Shown piece after piece: positions 30,808 to 40,119 of a stretch of DNA of 64,000 bases; position 1 is the first letter of the stretch; each line of letters begins with the position of its first letter. Source of the stretch: Candidatus Latescibacterota bacterium (GTDB lineage Bacteria; Latescibacterota; UBA2968; GCA-2709665); assembly GCA_963667175.2 (NCBI GenBank), contig CAXXXF010000006.1, positions 352,001-416,000 of the forward strand, in the 5' to 3' direction. The notes below the pieces were generated by a model. The model worked only from the letters and a program-made list of their open reading frames with translations, did not search any database and had not been told where the DNA came from. Made by a program: the position numbers and the translations under genes.

Positions 30808-32328
30808 ATGTACAGCTTGACTCGCAGTTGGTTCATTCTACCGGTCGCGGCGGGCCTGGCGTGGGGTTGCGGAAGCGATCGTCTGACGAAGCCGCAGGAT
30901 GCTCAGACGAATGGAAACGTCCGGCAGCCCTTGGCCAAACTGGCGGCGAACGAGCAGACGCCGCGGGCCGTGGTCGTCGCCCGCCTTCGACAGGCCGGCG
31001 CCCCTGTAAGCGGCGCCGCCGTTACGTTCTCACGGTCGGTCTCGGGAAGGGGCGCCAACTACGAGTGGGCCGGCACGACCGATGGACGCGGGCAGGCGCG
31101 AGTGTCGCTCGGAGGGACGCAGACGGGCGGATACTATCGCGCGCAGGCACGCAAGAACGGAAACGTGATCGGGTCGTGGTCGAGCATCCCGATAAACCGC
31201 GGCGTCCAGGTCACCGTTGAACTGTCCGTTGGCGAAAAAGCGCGCGTCACGGGTTCAATCGGACTGACACCGGGCGGTCTACCCGCAGAAATCCCGATTG
31301 GCGTCGTTGCGCCCCTGACGGTCAGACAGACCCAATACGGTGAGGGCATTGAAAGCGGCCTGGAAGTCGCACTCGAAGAGATCAACGGCACATCGGTGCT
31401 CGGGGGCGCTAATGTCGTTTTCAAGAGAGAGGACTCCCGCGGCATGGCGCAGGGCGCCGTCGACGCGTTCAACAAACTGATTTTTCGCGATTACGTCCCT
31501 GTCATCCTGGGCCCCGCCCTCTCCACCGAAGCCAAAGCGGCATTTCCGGTCGCACAGCAGAACCGGGTCGTCGCGTTCAGCACAACCTCCGCCGCGTCGG
31601 GTCTGAGCGCAATTGGCGACTTTATCTTCCGCGCAAGTCTCAGTGTAGACGTGCTCATCCCTGGCGGGGTCGCCAGGACACGCGAGAAACTGGGATACCG
31701 CAGGGTCGCCCTACTGGTGGACTCCACCGACGTCTATTCCCGCAGCAGCGACGATGCGTTGCGAAGCGCCCTCACCGAAAACAACGTCGAGATCCTGACG
31801 AGCGAGACGTTTGCGACTGACGATACGTCCTTTGTCGATCAACTTGCCAGAATCAGCGGCCTGAATCCGGATGCGGTTTTCGTTTCCGCTCTGTCCCGGC
31901 AACGCATTCAGGTCCAGGTCCAGGGCCGACGCCATGGCATCCCCGCCAACGTTCCCTTTATCGTGCCGGGGTTGACTCAGGACGAAGTTCGGGATGCAGG
32001 CGATGCCGCCGAGGGTGCGATCGCCTTTACCGGCTGGACGGCCACGTCAACCACACCCGGGAATCCGTCCTTCGTTGAGAAGTACAGGTCGAGATTCGGC
32101 GCTGAACCGAATCGGTGGGCTGCGCAGTCGTACGCCGCGCTTTATGTTCTTGCAGAAGCGATTGCAAAGGCCGGGTCCACGGATCCAGGCGCCATACGCG
32201 AAGCGATGGCCGCCATCACGGACCTGGACACCGTTCTGGGTCAATTCTCGTTCGACCACAACGGAGACGCGGTCTACGATCCCGTCGTACTGGTCGTGAG
32301 AAACGGCGAGTTCGAGGATTTCGAGTGA
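30808..32328 (+). CDS. Lipoprotein: uncharacterised N-terminal beta domain + type-1 periplasmic binding domain (LivK/LivJ-like)
   Basis: AAGGAGG RBS; lipobox LAWG-C; IPIGVVAPLT, VILGP, DFIFR, NPDAVF, SYAALYVLAEAI, GQFSFD. Confidence 0.88.
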   Translation: MYSLTRSWFILPVAAGLAWGCGSDRLTKPQDAQTNGNVRQPLAKLAANEQTPRAVVVARLRQAGAPVSGAAVTFSRSVSGRGANYEWAGTTDGRGQARVSLGGTQTGGYYRAQARKNGNVIGSWSSIPINRGVQVTVELSVGEKARVTGSIGLTPGGLPAEIPIGVVAPLTVRQTQYGEGIESGLEVALEEINGTSVLGGANVVFKREDSRGMAQGAVDAFNKLIFRDYVPVILGPALSTEAKAAFPVAQQNRVVAFSTTSAASGLSAIGDFIFRASLSVDVLIPGGVARTREKLGYRRVALLVDSTDVYSRSSDDALRSALTENNVEILTSETFATDDTSFVDQLARISGLNPDAVFVSALSRQRIQVQVQGRRHGIPANVPFIVPGLTQDEVRDAGDAAEGAIAFTGWTATSTTPGNPSFVEKYRSRFGAEPNRWAAQSYAALYVLAEAIAKAGSTDPGAIREAMAAITDLDTVLGQFSFDHNGDAVYDPVVLVVRNGEFEDFE

Positions 32329-32357
32329 GGTGAACGAACCACAGGAGGAGGAGAACG

Positions 32358-33197
32358 ATGCGCGAGATGCCGGTTGGCGTCATGATGAGCGCCGGTTGGA
32401 CTCCGGACCAACTCCGGCAGGTGCGGAATCTGGGCTTCGACAATGTACAGATTCACGCCCCGGCCGAGGACGTCCTGGCGGACAACCGTCGAAGTACCGG
32501 TCTGATCCGGGACATTCATTCGGTCGATATTGATATCACGACCGTCTTCGCGGGGTTTTCAGGGGAGAGCTACGCCGACGTTCCAGCCGTCAAGGAAACC
32601 GTCGGGTACCTCAATCCATCTCTTCGCGAGGAACGCATCGAAATTACCGCGCGGATCTCCGATTTCGCAAACGCGCTCGGCGTTGACAAGGTCGCCGCGC
32701 ACATCGGCTTCGTCCCGGAAGATCCGGATCACCCCGATCACCATGCGATGATTGAATGCGTAAGAAGACTGGCCGACCATTGCGGCCGGAACGGACAGGA
32801 CTTCTGTCTGGAAACCGGTCAGGAAACCGCTGCCGCGCTGCGCCACTTCCTCGAAACGCTCGATCGCGACAACGTCGGCGTAAACTTCGACCCGGCCAAT
32901 ATGATCCTTTACGGTAGCGGAGAACCCATCCAGGCCCTCGACGTCGTGGCCGACTACGTCGTCAGCGTCCACGCGAAAGACGGGAAATGGCCTCAGAGCG
33001 AGGGCCAGCTCGGTCGAGAGTTTCCCCTCGGTCAGGGGGACGTCGGGATGGATCGTTTCATTGCCAAACTGAAACAGATCGGATACCTCGGTCCCGTCAC
33101 CATGGAACGTGAAATCCCGGATTGGGACCGGAAGGTCAGGGACCTGGTCCAGGGCAAACATCTCCTGGAGAGCCTGATTCAGCCGACAATCGCCTGA
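32358..33197 (+). CDS. Sugar phosphate isomerase/epimerase (xylose-isomerase-like TIM barrel)
   Basis: HIGFVP, LETGQE, NFDPANM, VHAKD, GQGDV, MERE. Confidence 0.88.
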   Translation: MREMPVGVMMSAGWTPDQLRQVRNLGFDNVQIHAPAEDVLADNRRSTGLIRDIHSVDIDITTVFAGFSGESYADVPAVKETVGYLNPSLREERIEITARISDFANALGVDKVAAHIGFVPEDPDHPDHHAMIECVRRLADHCGRNGQDFCLETGQETAAALRHFLETLDRDNVGVNFDPANMILYGSGEPIQALDVVADYVVSVHAKDGKWPQSEGQLGREFPLGQGDVGMDRFIAKLKQIGYLGPVTMEREIPDWDRKVRDLVQGKHLLESLIQPTIA

Positions 33198-33392
33198 CCC
33201 CGCGCGCAAAAACGCCCTCTCTCCGCAGGGTCACCTTTTGGCGGGAGGGAAGGTCCAAAAGGAAAACGACGGTAGAAAGGGCGTCTTCTGTAATATTATA
33301 CGTCTGCGGGTGGTCGAAGTTTCAATCGGAAAGACGTCTGCCGCGGCGCTACACCTGCCGGACGTTGAACCGTACATGTTCACCGAACATGC

Positions 33393-34559
33393 CTACGGCG
33401 TAATCACCAGGATCCGATCGTCGTCGGTGCGCGGCTGTCCGCGGCCGTCCCGGTTGCTGGTGGCCAGGTACACCTCGCCGTCCGGACCCACCAGTACATC
33501 CCTGAGGCGGCCGAACCTGCCGGTGAACCGGTCATCCCTCGCCGTGGCGCGCCGGCCATCGGCAGACAAAGAGATGACCCAGAGCGCCTGCCCCTTCAAC
33601 GTTGTAAAGAGAAGGCTTCCCTTCCAGGCCGGTATCAGGTCCTCGTTATAGACGTCCGCGCCAGCGGGTGCGATCGTCGGCGTCCACGCGGCGAGCGGTT
33701 CCACCACGTCGTTGGACGTGCAGAACGCGGTCTCGTCCGCCAAGACGTCATTATCGCAGAATCCGCGCGCGCCCGGCCAGCCGTAATTCCGCCCGGACAG
33801 AATCAGGTTGACTTCGTCGTTGTCGAGAGGTCCGTGTTCCGTGCTGTAAAGCAAGCCGGTCGCCGGGTGAAACACAAGGCCCTGGGCATTCCGGTGTCCG
33901 AAGGAATAGACCGCTGTGCCGAACGGATTGTCCTGTGCGGGCCGACCTTCGAGGTCCAGCCGCAGGACCTTTCCCGCCAGTGAATTCAGATCCTGCGAAA
34001 GCGCGGGCAATTGCGCGTCGCCGGTTGTCAGGTAAAGCAGTTTGTTCGGGCCCACGGCGAGCCGGGATCCATCGTGGTTCGGCGCGCCGGGGATGCCACT
34101 CAGCAGGATTTCAGGTTGCCCCAGCGCCGATCCGTCAAAACTCATCCGCACCAGACGGTTCTCAATGCCGTCGCCCGTCCGGTAGGAATAAACCGCATAG
34201 ACAAAGGGCTGATGCCGAAAGTCCGGGTGAAACGCGATCCCCATCAACCCGCTTTCGCTCAGTTCGAAGGCTTCGATTCGACCCGCCACCGTTACTGCGC
34301 CCGTCTCCGTATCCACGCGGGATATCGCGCCATTGCGCTCGCTTACCCAGATGAACCCATCAGGTCCCCAGGCCAGATCCCACGGCGTATCCAGGCCGGT
34401 TGCCAGCGTCCGCACCGCAAAACCATCCACCCTGTTGTCGCCTGCCGACCCGACTCCGTTTTCGGTCGGGGGTTCCTCCGGTTGGGAGTCGTTGGCGCCT
34501 TTTCCACAACCGGCAACCGCAAACATCACGAGCAATGCCGCCGTGGCGCGGTGTACCAC
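33393..34559 (-). CDS. PQQ-dependent glucose/sorbosone dehydrogenase family lipoprotein
   Basis: Lipobox VAG-C; GLDTPW, GLMGIAFHPDF, HDGSRL, GKVLR, GHRNAQG, EHGP..DEVN, NYGWP, GRLRDV. Confidence 0.92.
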   Translation of the reverse strand: MVHRATAALLVMFAVAGCGKGANDSQPEEPPTENGVGSAGDNRVDGFAVRTLATGLDTPWDLAWGPDGFIWVSERNGAISRVDTETGAVTVAGRIEAFELSESGLMGIAFHPDFRHQPFVYAVYSYRTGDGIENRLVRMSFDGSALGQPEILLSGIPGAPNHDGSRLAVGPNKLLYLTTGDAQLPALSQDLNSLAGKVLRLDLEGRPAQDNPFGTAVYSFGHRNAQGLVFHPATGLLYSTEHGPLDNDEVNLILSGRNYGWPGARGFCDNDVLADETAFCTSNDVVEPLAAWTPTIAPAGADVYNEDLIPAWKGSLLFTTLKGQALWVISLSADGRRATARDDRFTGRFGRLRDVLVGPDGEVYLATSNRDGRGQPRTDDDRILVITP

Positions 34560-34638
34560 CGTTGCCAGCCTCCGTTCGTGAACAGCGCAAATCGACTCAC
34601 GGCCGGATGCTTGTTGACTCCGCCCTGAAATGCGCAGC

Positions 34639-37600
34639 CTAGAACAACCCCGTGAAATCTATCGAGAAATACTGCTTGGGATGGACTGTTTCCGCGAAAT
34701 CGGTCGGCCATGCCAGGTCGTACCGGAACAGAAAGGCGCCGAGATTGGCTCGAACGCCGAATCCGTAACCCGCTTTCAGATCCCTGAGTTCAAAACCGCC
34801 GTCCCGCGCTTCCCACGGCTCGAAGCTGTCTCGATCGAACGCACTCCCTACATCCAGGAACAATTCGCCCTGGATATTCTGAAAGAAGAGCGGCAATGGC
34901 CAGCCCATGGCCAACTGCCGGATCAGCGGAAAGCGAAAGGCGACGTTGGCCAGCAGGAACGAGTCTCCGGCCATCTCGAATACGTCGGCGCCGCGCAGCG
35001 GCCAGACAAAACTGGAAAAAAACACGCGTTCCCGGTCGACAGACGCGAATGTGGCGTAATTCGGATTGATTGAATTGTTCACGCCGCCGAGAAAGAAGAC
35101 CTGGCTGTTCCGGCCGAAACTGGTCCCTCCGGACATGCGGATCGCAAACGTGTATTCCTCCAGCATCGGGACATATTTGCGGTAGTCGGCCTGCACCGTG
35201 CCGTACTGCATCCCCGCCCAACTGCCTCTGAGAGACAACCTCGCACGCCGTCCCTTAATTGGGCCGAACTGGGAATACAACGCATTGTCTTCAACGACGT
35301 CCAGACTGTTGATTACGGCCCAGTTGTCGGAGACGGGCGTTCCACTCCCGCGGATGACCCTGCCCGTATAGCCGGCCCGAAGGTATTGACTTTGATAAGA
35401 GCCCAGATTCTCGCGTGAAATATTGATCCCCTGCATACTCGTCTCAATTCGCGTAAACCTGTTGAACGGACGCTGGAATACAGCCCCGCCGCCGTAGATC
35501 CGATCGGCTACGATCTGACCGTTCGATATGAAGAAGTTCCGAGTATGCAACGCATTCAGGTAATAGTTGGTCTGGTTCTTGAGGTTCTGGTATCCCAGGA
35601 AGAGGTCGCTGTCTTTCAGCGAGAAGCTCAGCCCGGTCTGTACGACGACGCGGTGGTCGCCCATCACGTCGGTCAGTGAAAGGTAGAGCAGGCTGCTGAC
35701 ACCGTAGAAGGTGTCGAAGCCCGCGTTGGCTCCTAGAGATTCGGGTTTGAGTTTCACGCGGTATTTGTTGATCGTGAACGCCTTGTTCCAGTCTCTCAGC
35801 GTCAGCTCTTTGTCGCCGTCGGTCTCCAGCGTGTCGGGCTGCGACGCCTCCTCCTCGTCGTCGTCTCCGCGCGCTTCGGCGGCCGCCAGCGCCATCTGGT
35901 CCGACATCCACGTCTCCACCTTCCTGTCCGCCGCCACCGTCGCCACCGCCGTGTCCGCGTCTGCTGCCGCGCCCGCGCCGTCGGGTTCCTCGCCGCCGTC
36001 CGCGGCTTCCTGCCTGCGCTTCTTCTGCAGCTCGACGAACGGCCGATCTTCGATGCCCGCCAGACGCTTCGCGTACCGCGTCAGCGGCAGGTCCTCCATC
36101 CCGCGCTTCTGCTTCGCCGGGTCCTTCATCACGAAGATGTCATAGCCCCCGCGGTGAAACGTCGTGAACGCCAGCTTCTTGCCGTCCGCGCTCCAGTCGA
36201 TATACCGCGCGCCGGACAGCAGGTTGCTGATCGGATACAGCTGCGACCCGTCCACGTGCGCAATGTAGACGTTGCCCACCCCCGTCCTGTCAGACACGAA
36301 CGCCAGACTCTGTGAGTCCGGCCCCCACGTGGGATGGCTGTCGTTCACCTCGCTTTCCACCACCTGCCGGATCTCGCTGCCGTCGGCCTTCAGCACGAAC
36401 ACGTCATACGTCCCGAACGTGAAGTCCTTCGACCCGTCGTATGCCAGATCCGCGCCGGGACGATCCGAACTGATCGCAATCCATTCCCCGTCCGGCGACC
36501 AGTCCAGGTGCTTCTCGTCATACGGGTCCCGCGTCATCCGACGCAGACCCTCGTCCTCCACGTTCACCACGTACACGTCCGACCACCCGTCCTTCAATCC
36601 CACGATCGCGATCTGTTTCCCGTCCGGCGACCACGTCGGCTCGAACAACCCGTCCAGATCGAACTTGAATCGCTTCGTCACCCGCTTCTTCCTCACGTCC
36701 AGCGTATACAGCGTGTTCTTGTTGCGCGACTTCGCCGCAAACGCGATCTGCTTCCCGTCCGGCGACCACGTGATCCCCGGACGCAGCACGAACAACCCCT
36801 CGAAATCCGACGATCGCTCCCCCTCCACCAACCGCCCCAGATCCTGACCGTCGATCGCCGACATCAGATAGATGTCGAACGTACCCTCGCGCTCCGTCAC
36901 GTACGCGATCTTGTCCCCCTGCGGGGAAAACGACGGCGCGATATTGTAAAAACCGCGACCCGCCCCCGCCTCCGTCAACTGCTTCGCCACCTCCTCCGAC
37001 GGATGGTGCAGGTTGATCTCGTTCCAATACTGACGCTTCAACCACAACTGCCACTTCTCGTCCAGCTCCTCCACGCCCTCGCCCACCGACGCCTTCAACG
37101 CCTTGTCCACGGATCGCGCGGAACGAAACGACGAAATGAACTCCGCCACCTTGTCCTTGCCATACTCCTCCTCGATCATCACGAAGACGGACTGTCCCCC
37201 CTTATACGCAAACGCGCCGCTCAACGACGTCATCCCCGGCACGTACCCCGTGATCGTCGCGTGTCGCATGAAATTGTCGCCCTCGAGGTCCCACCCACCC
37301 TGCGACAGATACTCCGCCACTCCCTCCGCAATCCACAACGGCGGCAACGAAGCCGTCTGCGTCATCATGGCGCCCAGCCACCCGCCGCCCGTCCACATCT
37401 CCAGCGTCACCACGTGCGCCAGCTCGTGGTGGATCACGTGACGGAAATCGCCATACGATCCCGTATACGGGATCACCACGCGACCCTGCGCAAACTCCGT
37501 AAAGCCGCCCGTGAACTCCGACTGCTCCGTCGGCGTGATGTTCGTCACCGAAAACCCGTTGTGAGAATTGTAGATCACGATCGGATATCGATCCTTCAAC

Positions 37601-37836
37601 GTATATTTCAGATCCTTCTCCAGACGCACCAGCGCGCGCTCCGCCTCCTTCGCCGCAAACTCCGCCGCAGGCTGCGACGCCTTGTCGAAATAAATCTTGA
37701 AATGCTCCGTCTCCAGAAAATGCCAGTCGTAATCGTCATACGTCACCTTGTTCTTGCCGAAATACTCCTGGCCATAGCCCGTGGCGCACGTGAAGAGACC
37801 GATTAGAATTCCTGACATAAGGCATCGCAGGATCAT
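34639..37836 (-). CDS. Omp85/BamA-TamA family protein with N-terminal gluzincin-like domain and PD40 propeller
   Basis: Signal peptide; FGKNKV, HELAH...PLWIAEGVAEY; repeated PSFSP/WSPDG PD40 units; C-terminal barrel (PLRG, FLDVG, GYGFGVR, RYDLAW). Confidence 0.88.
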   Translation of the reverse strand: MILRCLMSGILIGLFTCATGYGQEYFGKNKVTYDDYDWHFLETEHFKIYFDKASQPAAEFAAKEAERALVRLEKDLKYTLKDRYPIVIYNSHNGFSVTNITPTEQSEFTGGFTEFAQGRVVIPYTGSYGDFRHVIHHELAHVVTLEMWTGGGWLGAMMTQTASLPPLWIAEGVAEYLSQGGWDLEGDNFMRHATITGYVPGMTSLSGAFAYKGGQSVFVMIEEEYGKDKVAEFISSFRSARSVDKALKASVGEGVEELDEKWQLWLKRQYWNEINLHHPSEEVAKQLTEAGAGRGFYNIAPSFSPQGDKIAYVTEREGTFDIYLMSAIDGQDLGRLVEGERSSDFEGLFVLRPGITWSPDGKQIAFAAKSRNKNTLYTLDVRKKRVTKRFKFDLDGLFEPTWSPDGKQIAIVGLKDGWSDVYVVNVEDEGLRRMTRDPYDEKHLDWSPDGEWIAISSDRPGADLAYDGSKDFTFGTYDVFVLKADGSEIRQVVESEVNDSHPTWGPDSQSLAFVSDRTGVGNVYIAHVDGSQLYPISNLLSGARYIDWSADGKKLAFTTFHRGGYDIFVMKDPAKQKRGMEDLPLTRYAKRLAGIEDRPFVELQKKRRQEAADGGEEPDGAGAAADADTAVATVAADRKVETWMSDQMALAAAEARGDDDEEEASQPDTLETDGDKELTLRDWNKAFTINKYRVKLKPESLGANAGFDTFYGVSSLLYLSLTDVMGDHRVVVQTGLSFSLKDSDLFLGYQNLKNQTNYYLNALHTRNFFISNGQIVADRIYGGGAVFQRPFNRFTRIETSMQGINISRENLGSYQSQYLRAGYTGRVIRGSGTPVSDNWAVINSLDVVEDNALYSQFGPIKGRRARLSLRGSWAGMQYGTVQADYRKYVPMLEEYTFAIRMSGGTSFGRNSQVFFLGGVNNSINPNYATFASVDRERVFFSSFVWPLRGADVFEMAGDSFLLANVAFRFPLIRQLAMGWPLPLFFQNIQGELFLDVGSAFDRDSFEPWEARDGGFELRDLKAGYGFGVRANLGAFLFRYDLAWPTDFAETVHPKQYFSIDFTGLF

Positions 37837-38294
37837 GACTGACCTCCTTGCCAGTGCCGTTGCGGCGGCGGCCCTTTCCTCCGGGCGGCAAACGACGCCG
37901 ACGCCTGTGGCGCGCCCGCCCAATTCGTATCCATCGGCGTATTTCACGGTCGACCAAGGGCGATGGGGTGAGGGTCGGCCGCCGGGATTTTACCGCCCCC
38001 ACCCCTGTTCCCGCACGACGTCTGCGGGAAACACTCATTTCCAGAGACCGGATATCGGTCGCTTCAAAGAAAACTGTCGATCCATCCGTCGCACTACACC
38101 TTTTAGAACGACGTTCCTGCCAAATCGTTCCCCCATTTTTTCCAATGACTTCCGCGATGTCTTCCATATATTGGCCTGCAAGGACGTCAGATCCACACGT
38201 CCCGTTTCAACCTGTCTACCGGCCGCCCCGTCAAAAGATCCGGCTTCAATCCGATCCGCCGCGACTCCGGCTGCCGTCACATTTCCATTCAGTT

Positions 38295-40016
38295 ATGGCG
38301 TACACGTCCATCGAACTGCAGCTTCTGAAGAACAGGCTGGAATCCATCGTGGACGACATGGCGCTTACAGTCGTTCGCACCGCCTACTCAACCAATCTCA
38401 GAAATTCAATGGACTTTTCCACCGGCTTCTGCGACGCCCGTGGCCGGCTGGTTGCACAGGGTCTCTGCCTTCCCCTGCATCTGGGGAGCCTGCCTGACGG
38501 TCTCTCCGCCGTACTCCAACGGTTTCGCGATGCCATTGACGACGGCGATGTGTTTCTGCTCAACGATCCGTATGAAGGTGGCACGCATCTGCCCGACCTG
38601 TACATCTACAAACCCGTGTTCGTCGACTCCCGTCTGCTCGGATTCGCCACGGCCATCGCACACCATACCGATATCGGCGGCCGGGTTGCCGGCGGAAACG
38701 CTTGCGATTCCACGGAAATCTACCAGGAAGGACTGCGGATCCCGCCACTCAAGCTCTACGCTTCCGGACGTCCGGTCCAGGCGATTTTCGATCTGATCGA
38801 ACGCAACGTCCGAGTCCCCCGCAACGCCTTGGGTGACCTTCGCGCCCAGCTGTCCGCCTGTCACATTGGCGAAAGCGCATTTGCCGACCTGGCGCGGGAA
38901 CAGGGTTTCAGTCGCCTTCAGAACGGATTCTCCGAGCTTCTGGATTACTCCGAACGCCTTACGCGATCGGAAATCACCGCTCTGCCGGACGGTCGCTACA
39001 GCTTTACCGACGTACTCGACGACGACGGTATCGACCCGGGCCCGATCCCGATCACCGTCACAGTCGAGGTCGCGGGCAGCGCGCTGTCGGTAGACTTCAC
39101 CGGCACGGCGCCCCAGGTGGCGGGGGCCATCAACTGCGTCGCTTCATTCACCAGGTCGGCGGTGTACGCGTGCCTGCGCTGTCTCATGCGGGCGGACGTC
39201 CCGACGAATTCCGGCTTCTTCCGCGCCGTTGACGTGCGGATCCCGCCGGCCACGATCGCCAACCCGTCGCCGCCGGCGCCCGTCGCCGCCCGCGGCCTCA
39301 CCGGCTTTCGACTCGCCAATACGATCATGGGCGCGCTCGCCCAGTCGGCGCCGCACATCGTGCCCGCGTGCGAAGTGGGTGGAGACACGGGTATTTCTAT
39401 CGGTGGATACCGGGCGGACCGTACCGCGTTCGTCTTTCTGGAGTTCCTCTTCTGCGGATGGGGAGGACGTCCGGACCGGGACGGTATTGACGGCTGCGCC
39501 AGTATCGTGGTCAATTTCTCCAACAACCCGGCCGAAGTCGTCGAAGCCGAATATCCGCTCCAAATTCTCGAATACGGATTCCTGCCCGACACGGGCGGGG
39601 CGGGCAAATACCGCGGCGCCTGCTCGATCGTTCGCGAATACAGGTTTACGGAAACACAGGCGACCCTGCAGATCCGCTCGGACCGCCACGAGTCCCGCGC
39701 CTACGGCCTGTCCGGAGGGTTGCCGGGGTCTCCGTCCAGGAACATCCTGAACCCGCACACGGAAGCCCAGGAATTGCCCGCCAAGACGTTGCTGACCCTC
39801 AAAAGAGGCGACGTCCTGCGGCACGTACTCGCAGGGGCAGGCGGCTGGGGCAGTCCGCTGGAACGCGACCCTCAGCGCATACTGGAAGACGTCCGAAACG
39901 GAAAAGTCTCAATCCGGTCCGCCGAATGCGACTACGCCGTCGCCATTGACCCGGAAACGTTGGAAATTGACGTTGAGCGCACCACTCGGCGCCGCTCCGG
40001 TTCCGATCGCACGTAG
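38295..40016 (+). CDS. hyuB: Hydantoinase B/oxoprolinase subunit
   Basis: RTAYS, DFSTG, HLGS, NDPYEGGTHLPD, HHTDIGG, YQEGLRIPP, DTGGAGKYRG, GAGGWGSPLERD. Confidence 0.92.
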   Translation: MAYTSIELQLLKNRLESIVDDMALTVVRTAYSTNLRNSMDFSTGFCDARGRLVAQGLCLPLHLGSLPDGLSAVLQRFRDAIDDGDVFLLNDPYEGGTHLPDLYIYKPVFVDSRLLGFATAIAHHTDIGGRVAGGNACDSTEIYQEGLRIPPLKLYASGRPVQAIFDLIERNVRVPRNALGDLRAQLSACHIGESAFADLAREQGFSRLQNGFSELLDYSERLTRSEITALPDGRYSFTDVLDDDGIDPGPIPITVTVEVAGSALSVDFTGTAPQVAGAINCVASFTRSAVYACLRCLMRADVPTNSGFFRAVDVRIPPATIANPSPPAPVAARGLTGFRLANTIMGALAQSAPHIVPACEVGGDTGISIGGYRADRTAFVFLEFLFCGWGGRPDRDGIDGCASIVVNFSNNPAEVVEAEYPLQILEYGFLPDTGGAGKYRGACSIVREYRFTETQATLQIRSDRHESRAYGLSGGLPGSPSRNILNPHTEAQELPAKTLLTLKRGDVLRHVLAGAGGWGSPLERDPQRILEDVRNGKVSIRSAECDYAVAIDPETLEIDVERTTRRRSGSDRT

Positions 40017-40119
40017 CGCAATTGGCACTAACCGCATACGGCGGGCGTTCGGACAAAAAAGACGCGAGCGATCCCTGGACCGCCCGCAATTCAATCCGGA
40101 CGTTTCGCGTAGACCGCGG

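Noticed and set aside
37848-38294. Long N-terminal extensions in the ORF track (hyuB; similarly hyuA, Gfo, glycerate kinase and the 51022 gene)
   Set aside because: Family homology and RBS positions support downstream starts.
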